A DNA stretch of 64,000 nt. Origin: Pseudomonadales bacterium (GTDB taxonomy: Bacteria > Pseudomonadota > Gammaproteobacteria > Pseudomonadales > UBA7434). The stretch covers positions 1,409,044 to 1,473,043 of the forward strand of contig OZ244196.1 in the NCBI GenBank assembly GCA_965216795.1. The letters are read 5' to 3'. Below are positions 18,881-28,605 of the stretch, one piece after another (position 1 is the stretch's first letter; each line of letters opens with the position of its first letter). Both the position numbers and the translations under genes were made by a program. Under the pieces are notes generated by a model. The model was not told the DNA's origin. It worked only from the letters and a program-made list of their open reading frames with translations, and did no database searches.

Positions 18881-20611
18881 ATGAATAACACTGAGTCTAG
18901 CGGGTCACAACAACCCTTTGATGAAACCGTCGACCTGCTGGTGGCAGGCTCGGGTAATGGCGCCATGACGGCAGCCCTGTGCGCCAAACTGATGGGCGTA
19001 GAGTCGGTATTGATCACCGAAAAGGGCCCGACCCTGGGCGGCACCAGCGCGATGTCTGGCGGCGGCATATGGATCCCCTGCAGTCGCTATAGCAAGGCGC
19101 TGGGCGTGGACGACTCGCTGGCCGAGGCCAAAGCCTACCTGCAGGCAACGATACCCGAGCAGGTCTATCGGGAAGAGATGGTCGATGCCTACCTGGAAAA
19201 CGGCCCGCGCATGCTCGACTTCCTACACGAGCGCTCTACGGTCCGCTACGAATCGCTGGCTCGCTACCCCGACTACTATTCAGACCAACCGGGCGCGCGC
19301 AATGGCCATCGCTCACTGGAGCCCGCTCCCGTGATGGCCAACATACTGGGCGATGACTTCGCGCGATTAAAAGAGTCGGCAATGATCGTCTACGGCCGTT
19401 TTATGCTGACCCAGGTCGAAGGCCAGGTCATTACCAGCGGGGTGCGAGGCCGCTTCCAGGCTCTCGCGAAGCTTGTCATCAAGTACTGGCTCGATTTTCC
19501 CTGGCGCTTCAAGCACAAAATTACCCGCCGACTCACCTGCGGCATCGCCGGTATAGCCCGGCTCTACCTCTCGCTCAAGGCCCACGACGTCCCGATGTGG
19601 ACAGACAGCCCACTGCAATCACTGATTACCGACAGCGACAGCAATGGCCGCAAACGGGTGATTGGTGCGGTGGTTATGCGTGATGGCAGGCCCATCAGGG
19701 TCAGGGCTAACAAGGGAGTGATGCTGGCTGCCGGTGGTTTCGAACAAAACCAGGCAATGCGTGAACAGTACCTGCCGCAACCCACCAGCACCCGCTGGAG
19801 CGCGGGTATTCGCAGCAACACCGGCGATGCCATCGTCGCCGGGCAACAGGTGGGTGCTGCAACGGCACAAATGGACAGTGCCTGGTGGTGCAGCACGGTG
19901 ACCGTGCCCGGCAGGGAATACCCGTTCCTGAGTATCGTCACCAAATCGATGCCTGGCACTTTCGTCGTCAGCCAAAGCGGCAAGCGCTACGGCAATGAAT
20001 CACAGAACTATATGTCATGGAGCCTCGAGCTGTTCAAGGTCCACGGCGAAGGCCACAACTGCGTGCCATCGTTCATGATTTTCGATGCTTACTTCAAGCG
20101 CAAGTACGCAGCGTTCCCGCTGACGGGGCCTGACTGGCTGCTGCCGAAGGCCTATTTCGAATCGGGCCTGGTCTACAAGGCCGACAGCATCCGGGAACTG
20201 GGCGAAAAAGCCGGTATCGATCCTGAACAACTGGAACGCACTGTCAGCACCTTCAACGAGTACGCTCGCACAGGCAGGGATCTTGATTTCCAGCGCGGTG
20301 ATGCTGCCTACGACCGATACTATGGCGACCCGGACGTCGAGCCAAACCCCTGCCTGGCCGCAGTGACGCAGCCGCCGTTTTACGCCATGCGCACCGATGC
20401 CGGCGACTTCGGTACCCATGGCGGGCTGGTGACCAATCCCGATGCCCAGGTGCTCGATGATGCTGGCCAGCCGATTGCCGGCCTGTACGCAACCGGCAAC
20501 TGCAGCGCGGCCGTATTACCGACCTATCCTGGGCCAGGTGCAACCCTTGGCCCGGCTATGACCTTCGCCTACCAGGCCGCCAAACATATAAGCGGATACC
20601 GCGATGACTGA
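18881..20611 (+). CDS. FAD-dependent oxidoreductase, 3-ketosteroid-delta1-dehydrogenase (KstD)/fumarate-reductase-like
   Basis: N-terminal Rossmann DLLVAGSGNGAMTAAL, 576 aa, and a C-terminal GLYATGNCSA flavoprotein motif. Confidence 0.8.
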   Translation: MNNTESSGSQQPFDETVDLLVAGSGNGAMTAALCAKLMGVESVLITEKGPTLGGTSAMSGGGIWIPCSRYSKALGVDDSLAEAKAYLQATIPEQVYREEMVDAYLENGPRMLDFLHERSTVRYESLARYPDYYSDQPGARNGHRSLEPAPVMANILGDDFARLKESAMIVYGRFMLTQVEGQVITSGVRGRFQALAKLVIKYWLDFPWRFKHKITRRLTCGIAGIARLYLSLKAHDVPMWTDSPLQSLITDSDSNGRKRVIGAVVMRDGRPIRVRANKGVMLAAGGFEQNQAMREQYLPQPTSTRWSAGIRSNTGDAIVAGQQVGAATAQMDSAWWCSTVTVPGREYPFLSIVTKSMPGTFVVSQSGKRYGNESQNYMSWSLELFKVHGEGHNCVPSFMIFDAYFKRKYAAFPLTGPDWLLPKAYFESGLVYKADSIRELGEKAGIDPEQLERTVSTFNEYARTGRDLDFQRGDAAYDRYYGDPDVEPNPCLAAVTQPPFYAMRTDAGDFGTHGGLVTNPDAQVLDDAGQPIAGLYATGNCSAAVLPTYPGPGATLGPAMTFAYQAAKHISGYRDD

Positions 20612-21623
20612 ACTGTCCCCCTACGAACAGGACGCTGGCAGCTTTGAGCACCAGCAGCTGCAGGTCAATGGTATTGAAATGCACTGCGCTGCCGCGGGTG
20701 ATGGCCCGCTCGTACTGTTCTGCCATGGCTTCCCCGGACTGTGGTATAGCTGGCGTCACCAGCTGCGCGCTGTTGCCGATGCCGGCTTCCGGGCGATGGC
20801 GCTGGACATGCGTGGCTATGGAAAAAGCTCACGGCCAGCGGAATTTGCCGACTACCACGTAGAACGGCAGGCTGCCGACCTGCTGGGCGTACTCGATGCA
20901 TTGGACCGGCAGCGCGCAGTCCTTGTCGGGCATGACTTTGGCGCCAACCTGGCCTGGAGCATGGCGGTGCGACACCCAGAGCGCATTGCTGGCGTTGCAG
21001 GCATCAGCGTACCCTTTGGTTACGCACTCGGAGACCCGGACACCAAACCCAGCGCGCTGTATGCAAGCATTGCCGAGCATCACTTTTTCCACATGCACTA
21101 TTTCCAGCAGGTGGGGCCCGCCGACCGCGAACTGAGTACCGACAGCAAACTGTTTTTGACTCGCCTGTTCTGGGCGCTGAGTGCGCGCGGCAACCTGCTG
21201 GACTGGACGAATTTTCCCGCCGAAGGCACCGGCTACCTGGATGTACTGGCCGAACCGGATATCCCGCTGCCCTGGGACTGGATGAGCGTGGCAGATATGG
21301 ACTACTACGTCGGCGAGTATGAACGAACGGGCGTCGCATCAGCCTTCAGCGGTGGCCTGAGCTCTTACCGCGTATCGGACATCAACTGGGAACTGGAAAA
21401 GCCCTACCGCGAGCGCGACGTCGACGTACCCGCACTGTTTATTAGCGGCAGTGAAGACCCGGTGCTGAAACTCATGGCAAACGATGCACTGGCTGTCATG
21501 CGCGAACGGGTGCACGACCTGCGCGGCCTGCACCTGATCGAGGGTGCAGGTCACTTCGTCCAGCAGGAACGCAGTGACGCATTTAATGACGCCTTGCTGG
21601 CGTTCCTGCAAACACTGGACTAG
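20604..21623 (+). CDS. Alpha/beta hydrolase, epoxide-hydrolase-like
   Basis: HGFPGLWYSWRHQ (HGxP oxyanion motif plus W) and GHDFGA (Asp nucleophile elbow) are typical of epoxide/haloalkane hydrolase-type enzymes. Overlaps the upstream gene by 8 nt. Confidence 0.8.
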   Translation: MTELSPYEQDAGSFEHQQLQVNGIEMHCAAAGDGPLVLFCHGFPGLWYSWRHQLRAVADAGFRAMALDMRGYGKSSRPAEFADYHVERQAADLLGVLDALDRQRAVLVGHDFGANLAWSMAVRHPERIAGVAGISVPFGYALGDPDTKPSALYASIAEHHFFHMHYFQQVGPADRELSTDSKLFLTRLFWALSARGNLLDWTNFPAEGTGYLDVLAEPDIPLPWDWMSVADMDYYVGEYERTGVASAFSGGLSSYRVSDINWELEKPYRERDVDVPALFISGSEDPVLKLMANDALAVMRERVHDLRGLHLIEGAGHFVQQERSDAFNDALLAFLQTLD

Positions 21624-21632
21624 GGCTAGCCC

Positions 21633-22403
21633 TCAGGAACAGGGCGCTCCGGGCCTGCGCATCCCGGTAAACCAGCCACCATCGGCAACGAACTCCGAAC
21701 CTGTACTGTAGGTTGCCTCATCCGAGGCCAGGAACAGGCTGACGTAGGCCACTTCTTCGGGCTGGCCAACGCGCGGGATCGGAAATTCACTGTATACGGT
21801 TTCGTTGAGCTGCTCTGGCGTCATGAAATCCGCACCGCCCATGCTGGTGTAAATACCGCCGGGATGCACGCTATTGACGCGGATACCGTACTGGCCCAAC
21901 TCTATCGCAGCATTTTTCGTCAGCCCCCTCACCGCCCATTTGCTCGATGAATACGCGGACAAACCCGCTGCTGAATGCAGGCCATCAATCGACGACACAT
22001 TGATGATCGAACCGCAGCCGGCCGCCTTCATTGGTGCAATGGCACTGCGGATGCCCAGGAAAGTCCCCAGCTGGTTGATGCGTATCACGCGCAGGTAGTC
22101 ATCGGGCGTGGTATCGGTGATCGACTGGTAGAGCAACACCGCAGCATTGTTCACCAACACGTTGTAGGTGCCCATCGACTGGGCAGCGGCAACCGCCGCC
22201 TCCCAATCCTGCTCCTGGCTGACGTCAAGCCGAACAAAGCGGGCGGCATCACCAAGCTCCTCGGCAAGCTGCTGGCCCGCCTCCTCCTGCACATCACCAA
22301 TCACCACATTGGCGCCGTGCTCGACAAACAGCCTGACCGTTGCCGCTCCCATACCGTTTGCACCACCGGTGACGATGGCGGTTTTACCTGCTAGTCGGCT
22401 CAT
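21633..22403 (-). CDS. SDR family oxidoreductase (3-alpha/20-beta-hydroxysteroid dehydrogenase-like)
   Basis: Start trimmed to MSRLAGKTAIVTGGANGMG (TGxxxGxG). NNAAV motif and YSSSK catalytic motif (YxxxK). Confidence 0.9.
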   Translation of the reverse strand: MSRLAGKTAIVTGGANGMGAATVRLFVEHGANVVIGDVQEEAGQQLAEELGDAARFVRLDVSQEQDWEAAVAAAQSMGTYNVLVNNAAVLLYQSITDTTPDDYLRVIRINQLGTFLGIRSAIAPMKAAGCGSIINVSSIDGLHSAAGLSAYSSSKWAVRGLTKNAAIELGQYGIRVNSVHPGGIYTSMGGADFMTPEQLNETVYSEFPIPRVGQPEEVAYVSLFLASDEATYSTGSEFVADGGWFTGMRRPGAPCS

Positions 22404-22480
22404 TGTCCGCTCCCGTGTTTGATGAGGTTTCACAAGCTGGCTGCCGTAGCCAGGGGCACATTTTAAGCGGCTGCGCAGGC

Positions 22481-23461
22481 TCAGGCAGTGGCCACAACTA
22501 TCGCTCGGCGTGGCGCCGGGTATCCCTCAACCGTTTTGGTCATATCCTGCGGGTCGAGGAAGTCGGGCAGCGACTGGAAACGCATCCAGTCCGTACTGCG
22601 CTGCTCCTCCGGCGTTGTGACCGAGACGTCTACCAGCCGCGGGTCGCTAAACCTGAGCTTGCGCAACCAACCGAGCAGCGTCGCCGGCGTGGGGATGAAC
22701 CAGACATTACCCATTTTGCTGTAACGGCCCTCCGGCACCAGCACCTCGCCGTCGTTACCTTCAACAACCAGCGTTTCAAGTACCAGCTGCCCGCCCGGAC
22801 GCAGCGCCTGGCGCAGCTCGAGCAAATGATCCATTGGTGAACGGCGGTGGTAAAGAATGCCCATTGAGAACACGGTATCAAAAGCTTCGAGTTTTTCAGG
22901 CAATGCCTCAATGCCCAGTGGCAATACCCAGGCACCGGGTTGCTGCAGGTACTTTTGCAGCGCCCAGAACTGCAGCACGAACAAAGGCGTCGGGTCGATG
23001 CCAAGCACCAGCCGCGCATCATCGCCCAGCATGCGCCAGCAGTGATAACCACTTCCGCAACCCACATCGAGCACCAGCCGGTCATGGAGCGGCTCTATCG
23101 CACTGCGCAAGCGCTGCCATTTTTTATCCGAGCGCCACTCGGTATCGATATCGACGCCTGCAATCGAGAAAGGCCCCTTGCGCCAGGGGTGCAGGCCCTG
23201 CAGGGCATCGTGCAGCTGCTGCCGGGTCGTCTTGTCTGCATCGGCCTCGATGCCGACGCGAACACAGTTGGAGGCCAGGTCAATACTCGACGGCTTGATG
23301 TCGGGCAGCTGCTCGAGCGCGGCAAGCCATCGGGGGATATCGCCATAGCGTGCAACGTCAAGCCCTTGCTCAATTTGCGCCGGTAGCCGCTCAGCCCAGG
23401 GCTGCAGGGCTTCAGGAAGTTGCGCGTAAAGCGCAGAGTAATCGAGGAATTTCATGGGCAA
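22481..23461 (-). CDS. cmoB: tRNA U34 carboxymethyltransferase CmoB
   Basis: Near-collinear with E. coli CmoB as recalled: PWRKGPF, DTEWRSD, LDVGCGSGYH, FDTVFSMG(I/V)LYHRRSP, VEGYPAP. Confidence 0.9.
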   Translation of the reverse strand: MPMKFLDYSALYAQLPEALQPWAERLPAQIEQGLDVARYGDIPRWLAALEQLPDIKPSSIDLASNCVRVGIEADADKTTRQQLHDALQGLHPWRKGPFSIAGVDIDTEWRSDKKWQRLRSAIEPLHDRLVLDVGCGSGYHCWRMLGDDARLVLGIDPTPLFVLQFWALQKYLQQPGAWVLPLGIEALPEKLEAFDTVFSMGILYHRRSPMDHLLELRQALRPGGQLVLETLVVEGNDGEVLVPEGRYSKMGNVWFIPTPATLLGWLRKLRFSDPRLVDVSVTTPEEQRSTDWMRFQSLPDFLDPQDMTKTVEGYPAPRRAIVVATA

Positions 23462-23499
23462 GAATGCTATTCGGTACCGGGCTATGCAATACTGGGTCT

Positions 23500-24216
23500 A
23501 TGGCCAACTTGCAGGACAACACTGCACACGATCGCTCACTCCCCGACGCTGAGATCTACCAGCTCAGCGAGAGCGCAATTGTACTGCGTGCCCGGCGGGA
23601 GTACAGCGCCGCGAACCCAGCGCTCGATGTCCAACAACGGATCTGGGCGCTCGACCAGTTCCTGCGGGCCACGTCGCTGCCGCGCATAGACATCATTCCC
23701 GGCCTGCACAATATCACCGTGACCTTCGACGGCCCGGCAGCGTTGGCGGCACTTTGGCGCAATACACTTGAGGCAGGCTGGAGCGAATCGACCCACAGCG
23801 CCAGCCAGCCTCGTGCCGGTGGCCGCCAGGTCGAACTCGAGGTCTATTATGGCGGCGACTACGGGCCTGACCTCGAGGCGGTATGCAAGCACTGCGCGCT
23901 GGACCCGGCGAGCGTTATCACACTGCACAGCGAAGCCCGTTACACGGTGGCGTTTATTGGCTTCCAGCCGGGCTTCCCCTACCTGCTCGGGCTTCCCGAG
24001 CCGCTGTTCTGCCCGCGCAAGCCCAGGCCCGTCCAGCAACTGGCAGCCGGGTCGGTCGCCATCGGGGGCCAGCAAACCGGCATTTACCCGGCCAGTTCGC
24101 CAGGCGGCTGGCAGGTCATTGGGCGACTCGCCAACCCCGCTGAGCTGTTCAGCATCGAGCGCGAGGAACCGGCGCTGCTGCAGGCCGCCGACCAGCTCAG
24201 GTTTATTCCCCGATGA
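23500..24216 (+). CDS. pxpB: 5-oxoprolinase subunit B (KipI / allophanate hydrolase subunit 1 family)
   Basis: Start trimmed to MANLQD. FIGFQPGFPYL and GGWQVIGR motifs. ATGA overlap with the next gene. Confidence 0.85.
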   Translation: MANLQDNTAHDRSLPDAEIYQLSESAIVLRARREYSAANPALDVQQRIWALDQFLRATSLPRIDIIPGLHNITVTFDGPAALAALWRNTLEAGWSESTHSASQPRAGGRQVELEVYYGGDYGPDLEAVCKHCALDPASVITLHSEARYTVAFIGFQPGFPYLLGLPEPLFCPRKPRPVQQLAAGSVAIGGQQTGIYPASSPGGWQVIGRLANPAELFSIEREEPALLQAADQLRFIPR

Positions 24217-25196
24217 TTGAAGTATTGCGCCCCGGCATACAAAGCACCGTGCAGGACCTGGGCCGCCCTGGCCTGCGGGATCGCGGCATCGCCCTGGCCG
24301 GCGCCCTGGACACGCAGGCCCTGCAGTACGCCAATCTGCTCGCCGGTAATCCACCGGGCCACGCCGCACTCGAAATCGCGCTGGGGCCGGTTGAACTGCG
24401 CTTCACAGGCGCTACCCACATTGCCCTTGCCGGCATGCCAATGCGGGCAACACTGACAGCTAGCGGCAGCAGGCGCCAGCTCCAGCCCGGCAGCCTCTGC
24501 ACAGTCGGGGCCGGTGACGTATTGGCACTGGAAAATCAGTACGTGGGCGGGCGCTGTTACCTCGCAGTCTGCGGTGGCATTGCGGTGCCGCCACTTATGG
24601 GTTCGCGCGCGACAGACCTTTACGGTGGTTTCGGGGGGCTGCAGGGGCGCAGTATTATCAGCGGGGATACGCTTGTCGCCGGGAAGGCGCAGCAACCGTT
24701 GAGCCAGGCACAGGCCGGGCGCTCGTTTATACGCGCGCGAAGCCCGGGGCACATTGTGCGTGCACTGCCCGGCCAGGATGAAACCCTGTTTGACACCGCA
24801 ACCCTCGAGCGCTTTTGGTCCAGCGACTGGCAGCTTTCGCCGGCGAGTAATCGTATGGCCTGTCGCCTGCAGAACACCGACTGGCAAACATTCTGTGCAA
24901 ACGAACGGGATAGCAATGACGCGCACGATATGCTGTCGCACGCTGTTATGCCTGGCTGTGTGCAACTGACACCGTCAGGCGAGGCTATCGTTTTGCTTGC
25001 TGACGCACAAACCAGCGGTGGCTATCCAAAAATCGCACAGGTCATTGAAGCTGACCTGTGGCGACTGGCGCAAATGGACCAGCGCAGCCTGTTTCGACTG
25101 GTTCGATGTACAATACCGGAGGCCGTACATGCGCGGCAAAGGCAGCGCGCCGACATCTTCCGGTTTTCGCTTGCCAGCCGCTCGCTCTATGATTGA
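24213..25196 (+). CDS. pxpC: 5-oxoprolinase subunit C (KipA / allophanate hydrolase subunit 2 family)
   Basis: MIEVLRPGIQSTVQDLGRPG N-terminus and a SGGYPKIA motif. 327 aa. Confidence 0.85.
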   Translation: MIEVLRPGIQSTVQDLGRPGLRDRGIALAGALDTQALQYANLLAGNPPGHAALEIALGPVELRFTGATHIALAGMPMRATLTASGSRRQLQPGSLCTVGAGDVLALENQYVGGRCYLAVCGGIAVPPLMGSRATDLYGGFGGLQGRSIISGDTLVAGKAQQPLSQAQAGRSFIRARSPGHIVRALPGQDETLFDTATLERFWSSDWQLSPASNRMACRLQNTDWQTFCANERDSNDAHDMLSHAVMPGCVQLTPSGEAIVLLADAQTSGGYPKIAQVIEADLWRLAQMDQRSLFRLVRCTIPEAVHARQRQRADIFRFSLASRSLYD

Positions 25197-25233
25197 TAAC
25201 ACTGGGCACAGGGCCTGACAGGGAACCCACTTC

Positions 25234-25989
25234 GTGTTTTTGAACGCTGATATTGGCGAAGGCTATGATGATCGCAGGCTGCTGCGCTATGTGGATGCGG
25301 TCAACATAGCCTGTGGTGGCCATACCGGCGATGCGGACAGCATCACCACTGCCCTGCAGCAGGTCAGGGACGCGCTCGACACCGGCCGCCCCTGCGCTGT
25401 GGGTGCACACCCCTCCTACCCCGATCGCCGTGGATTTGGTCGCACCGCACAGTCACTGAGCGATGATGCACTGCAAACCACATTGCATGAGCAACTGTCA
25501 CTGTTCGCCCGCATTGCTCGCCAGCTGGATATCGAGGTAAGCCACGTCAAGGCGCATGGTGCGCTCTACCATCGCATTGCCAGCGACCATCACACGGCTC
25601 AACTCTTTGCCCGGTGTTGCGCCGATGTTTTTCCGGCCGCCGGCATTGTCACACTGGCAGGCAGCAGCACGCTGGGGGCCCTGGGCACACTGGCCCCGGC
25701 CGTATTTCGCGAAGCTTTTGCCGACCGGCGGTACCAAAGCGATGGCCAGTTAGTGCCGCGAACGGCAGCCAATGCCGTTTATGAGCACAGCGAACTGGCG
25801 CTGCAACAGGCAATCCAGTTGATGTCGCAGCGCAGTGTCACCAGTGTTGACGGGCAAGTCATCACCATCGATGCTGACACCCTTTGCATTCATGGTGACA
25901 GCGACATAGCGCTACAATTGGCGAGCGATATCGCGCAGGCCGCAACGATCCGTCGAAACACCGTACCGCAGGACCCCGAACAGCCATGA
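25234..25989 (+). CDS. pxpA: 5-oxoprolinase subunit A (LamB/YcsF family)
   Basis: LNADIGEG and NIACGGHTGD motifs. 251 aa, GTG start. Confidence 0.85.
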   Translation: MFLNADIGEGYDDRRLLRYVDAVNIACGGHTGDADSITTALQQVRDALDTGRPCAVGAHPSYPDRRGFGRTAQSLSDDALQTTLHEQLSLFARIARQLDIEVSHVKAHGALYHRIASDHHTAQLFARCCADVFPAAGIVTLAGSSTLGALGTLAPAVFREAFADRRYQSDGQLVPRTAANAVYEHSELALQQAIQLMSQRSVTSVDGQVITIDADTLCIHGDSDIALQLASDIAQAATIRRNTVPQDPEQP

Positions 25990-27518
25990 GTAACGAGTAT
26001 CTCGATCTTTCAGCCGCGCTTCGCTCTAACTTCCCGATACTGGTCATAGAAACGCACGACGAGGAACGGGCAACCCGGCTGCTGAAGAAATCGATCGCAG
26101 GCGATTCAAAACTGGGCGAACTCAAACTCTGGAGCCCTGCGGGCGGCCTTGAGCAGGGCAAAGCCTTTTCCGCTCGCGACTTGAAGATCGAAGGCATCGA
26201 TTACCCCGCGCATGACCGTAGCGCAGACCTCAGCGATCCCGAAGCGATGCTGGTGCATGTAAAAGACAAGGTCGAAGACAGCATAGTCGTCCTGCCCGAC
26301 TTTCACGCCTACCTCAGCAATCCGACCATTCTTCGCCTGGTCAAGGAAATCGCCCAGCAATACTACGTCAGGAACAACACACTGGTGCTGGTCAGCCATG
26401 CCATCGACATCCCCTCAGAGATATCGAGGCTCTGCACTCACTATGAGCTCGAGCTGCCCTCGCCCACCGAAATCGAGCAGATCATTCTCGATGAGGTGCG
26501 TAGCTGGCAAGCACGCAATTCCGAGCGTTGCGATGTCGATCGCAAGGCAATACAGATGCTGGCGCAGAACCTGGTTGGCCTGACCTATAGCGATACCCGG
26601 CGACTGGCACGCAATGCCATCCAGGACGACGGCGCTATCACCCATAGCGACCTGAACGAAGTCATGGAAGCGAAGTATCGGATGATGTCGAGCGATGGCG
26701 CTCTGAGCTATGAATTCGACACTGCCTCATTCGCCCAGGTCGGTGGCTTTGGCAAACTCAAGTCATGGCTTGAAGTTCGCAAACCCTTTTTCCTTGGCCA
26801 GACCGGTGCCAGCGAACTCGATATACCCAAGGGCATGCTGTTACTCGGCGTGCAGGGCTGCGGAAAGAGCCTGGCCGCAAAAGCGGTCGCCGGCAGCTGG
26901 GGAGTACCGCTGCTGCGGCTGGACGTCGGTGCGCTTTACAACAAGTACATTGGCGAGTCGGAAAAAAACCTGCGCGATGCCATCAAGTCGGCCGAAACAC
27001 TGCAGCCCTGTGTGCTATGGCTCGATGAGATCGAAAAGGCGATCCAGGGCTCCGGGGACGACACAGGCACCTCAAACCGCCTGCTGGGTACCCTGCTGAC
27101 CTGGATGGCAGAGAACAAGGCAAGAGTGTTCATCGTTGCCACATCAAACGATATCGACAAGCTACCGCCGGAACTCATGCGCAAGGGCAGGCTCGACGAA
27201 ATTTTCTTTGTCGATCTTCCCGCAGACGGTGCCCGCAGGGCAATCATCGGGCTGCACCTGAAGCGCCGCGAGTACCCACCCGAAACCTTCGATATCGAGC
27301 GACTGGCAGCGTTGGGTGAAGGATTTTCCGGCGCTGAACTGGAACAGGCCATCATTGCCGCACGCTACCAGGCACATGCCGAACAGCAGGCACTGTCGAC
27401 ACGGCATATCGAATCGGAGCTACAGGCAACCCAGCCCCTGTCAGTCGTCAGGGCCACCCAGGTCCAGGCGCTGCGCGACTGGGCGAAGGGCCGCACGGTA
27501 CCCGTCGATCAGGAGTGA
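25986..27518 (+). CDS. AAA+ ATPase, Ycf46-like (degenerate N-terminal domain plus one classical AAA module)
   Basis: Walker A GVQGCGKSLAAKA, Walker B VLWLDEIEK, second region of homology ATSNDIDKLPPELMRKGRLDE. The N-terminal FPILVIETHDEERA resembles the Ycf46-family N-domain. ATGA overlap with the pxpA stop. Confidence 0.85.
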   Translation: MSNEYLDLSAALRSNFPILVIETHDEERATRLLKKSIAGDSKLGELKLWSPAGGLEQGKAFSARDLKIEGIDYPAHDRSADLSDPEAMLVHVKDKVEDSIVVLPDFHAYLSNPTILRLVKEIAQQYYVRNNTLVLVSHAIDIPSEISRLCTHYELELPSPTEIEQIILDEVRSWQARNSERCDVDRKAIQMLAQNLVGLTYSDTRRLARNAIQDDGAITHSDLNEVMEAKYRMMSSDGALSYEFDTASFAQVGGFGKLKSWLEVRKPFFLGQTGASELDIPKGMLLLGVQGCGKSLAAKAVAGSWGVPLLRLDVGALYNKYIGESEKNLRDAIKSAETLQPCVLWLDEIEKAIQGSGDDTGTSNRLLGTLLTWMAENKARVFIVATSNDIDKLPPELMRKGRLDEIFFVDLPADGARRAIIGLHLKRREYPPETFDIERLAALGEGFSGAELEQAIIAARYQAHAEQQALSTRHIESELQATQPLSVVRATQVQALRDWAKGRTVPVDQE

Positions 27519-28522
27519 GCCCGGCCTCTTCGCAGGTGCCAGCACACCACGCAGTACCGCCACAGGGTTTTCACACTATCGAGGTTCGTCAACAGGCCAG
27601 GCAAGCCAAGCTGCCAGTCGGCTCTGCGCTTGTGTAGCTCGACCAGCAGCGGTCGCGCTTCGTCGACGTTCAGTTTGCTGACTTCACGAACAGCCTGGTT
27701 GAGCGTGCGCACCTGTAAACCGGTATACGCACGGCGTTGACCGGGGCTGCTCACATGTCGACCCAGAGCCTCAATGCTGTCGAGCCAGTGGAGATAACCG
27801 CCCTTGCGATACTTGCTGCCGGTGGAACCATCTCCGCGCAGCTGGTACTCATAGACACAGACCGGCACCAGCAACAGGCTTTGCGCTCTGGCCAGCACCC
27901 CCGCAATAAACTGCAGGTCCTGGGCCATGCGCACATTGGCCGGAAACCGTAGCTCGCCAATGACGTCGCGTCGAAACAGTTTCCCCCAGGGATGGCCACG
28001 AATATAGCGATGCATGAACAGTGCTTCGAGGATTTGCTCACCCTGCAAGGCCCTAACCCGGTCGGTGTTGTAGCCAGCCGGATGGCTACCCTTCGCGCTG
28101 CAGATATCATTGTTGCCCTTGACGACATCCGCGCCGGACTGTTCTGCGTAGCGCAGCAGCTCGGCAAAGGCATTCGCAGGCACCCGATCATCGGGATCGA
28201 CAAAAGCAACGTACCGCCCGCAGGCCAGTTCGAGCCCGGTATTGCGCGCGACCGACACACCCGCGTTTTCAGCCAGTCGATGGTAGTGGACGCCCGGCTC
28301 GCGCGCGGCATAGGCTGCGCACAGCTCACCACCTGCGTCGGTGCTGGCATCATCAACGAGGATTATCTCGAGCCGAACAGCGCCGCGCTGCGTCAGCAGT
28401 GAGTCCAGGCAATCTGCCAGGTACTGCTCGACGTTGAACACCGGCAGGATAACGCTGATATCGATATTGGATGGGGCCGGTGTAGCACTCACAGATCGAC
28501 TCTCGGTTTGGCTGGCGCTCAC
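27509..28522 (-). CDS. Glycosyltransferase family 2
   Basis: ISVILPVFNVEQYL ... LEIILVDDASTD ... DPDD, the GT-A/GT2 signature. 337 aa. Confidence 0.85.
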   Translation of the reverse strand: MSASQTESRSVSATPAPSNIDISVILPVFNVEQYLADCLDSLLTQRGAVRLEIILVDDASTDAGGELCAAYAAREPGVHYHRLAENAGVSVARNTGLELACGRYVAFVDPDDRVPANAFAELLRYAEQSGADVVKGNNDICSAKGSHPAGYNTDRVRALQGEQILEALFMHRYIRGHPWGKLFRRDVIGELRFPANVRMAQDLQFIAGVLARAQSLLLVPVCVYEYQLRGDGSTGSKYRKGGYLHWLDSIEALGRHVSSPGQRRAYTGLQVRTLNQAVREVSKLNVDEARPLLVELHKRRADWQLGLPGLLTNLDSVKTLWRYCVVCWHLRRGRAHS

Positions 28523-28605
28523 AGGGCAGCACGGCCGTTGACCACAACGGGCGCCCCTGTTACTTTGCTCGCCACTAGCGCCCGCATTATAAGGTCACAA
28601 TAACG

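Noticed and set aside
22481-23461. cmoB without an adjacent cmoA
   Set aside because: A split cmoA/cmoB arrangement is plausible in many lineages. It cannot be evaluated without the rest of the genome and is not inherently unusual.
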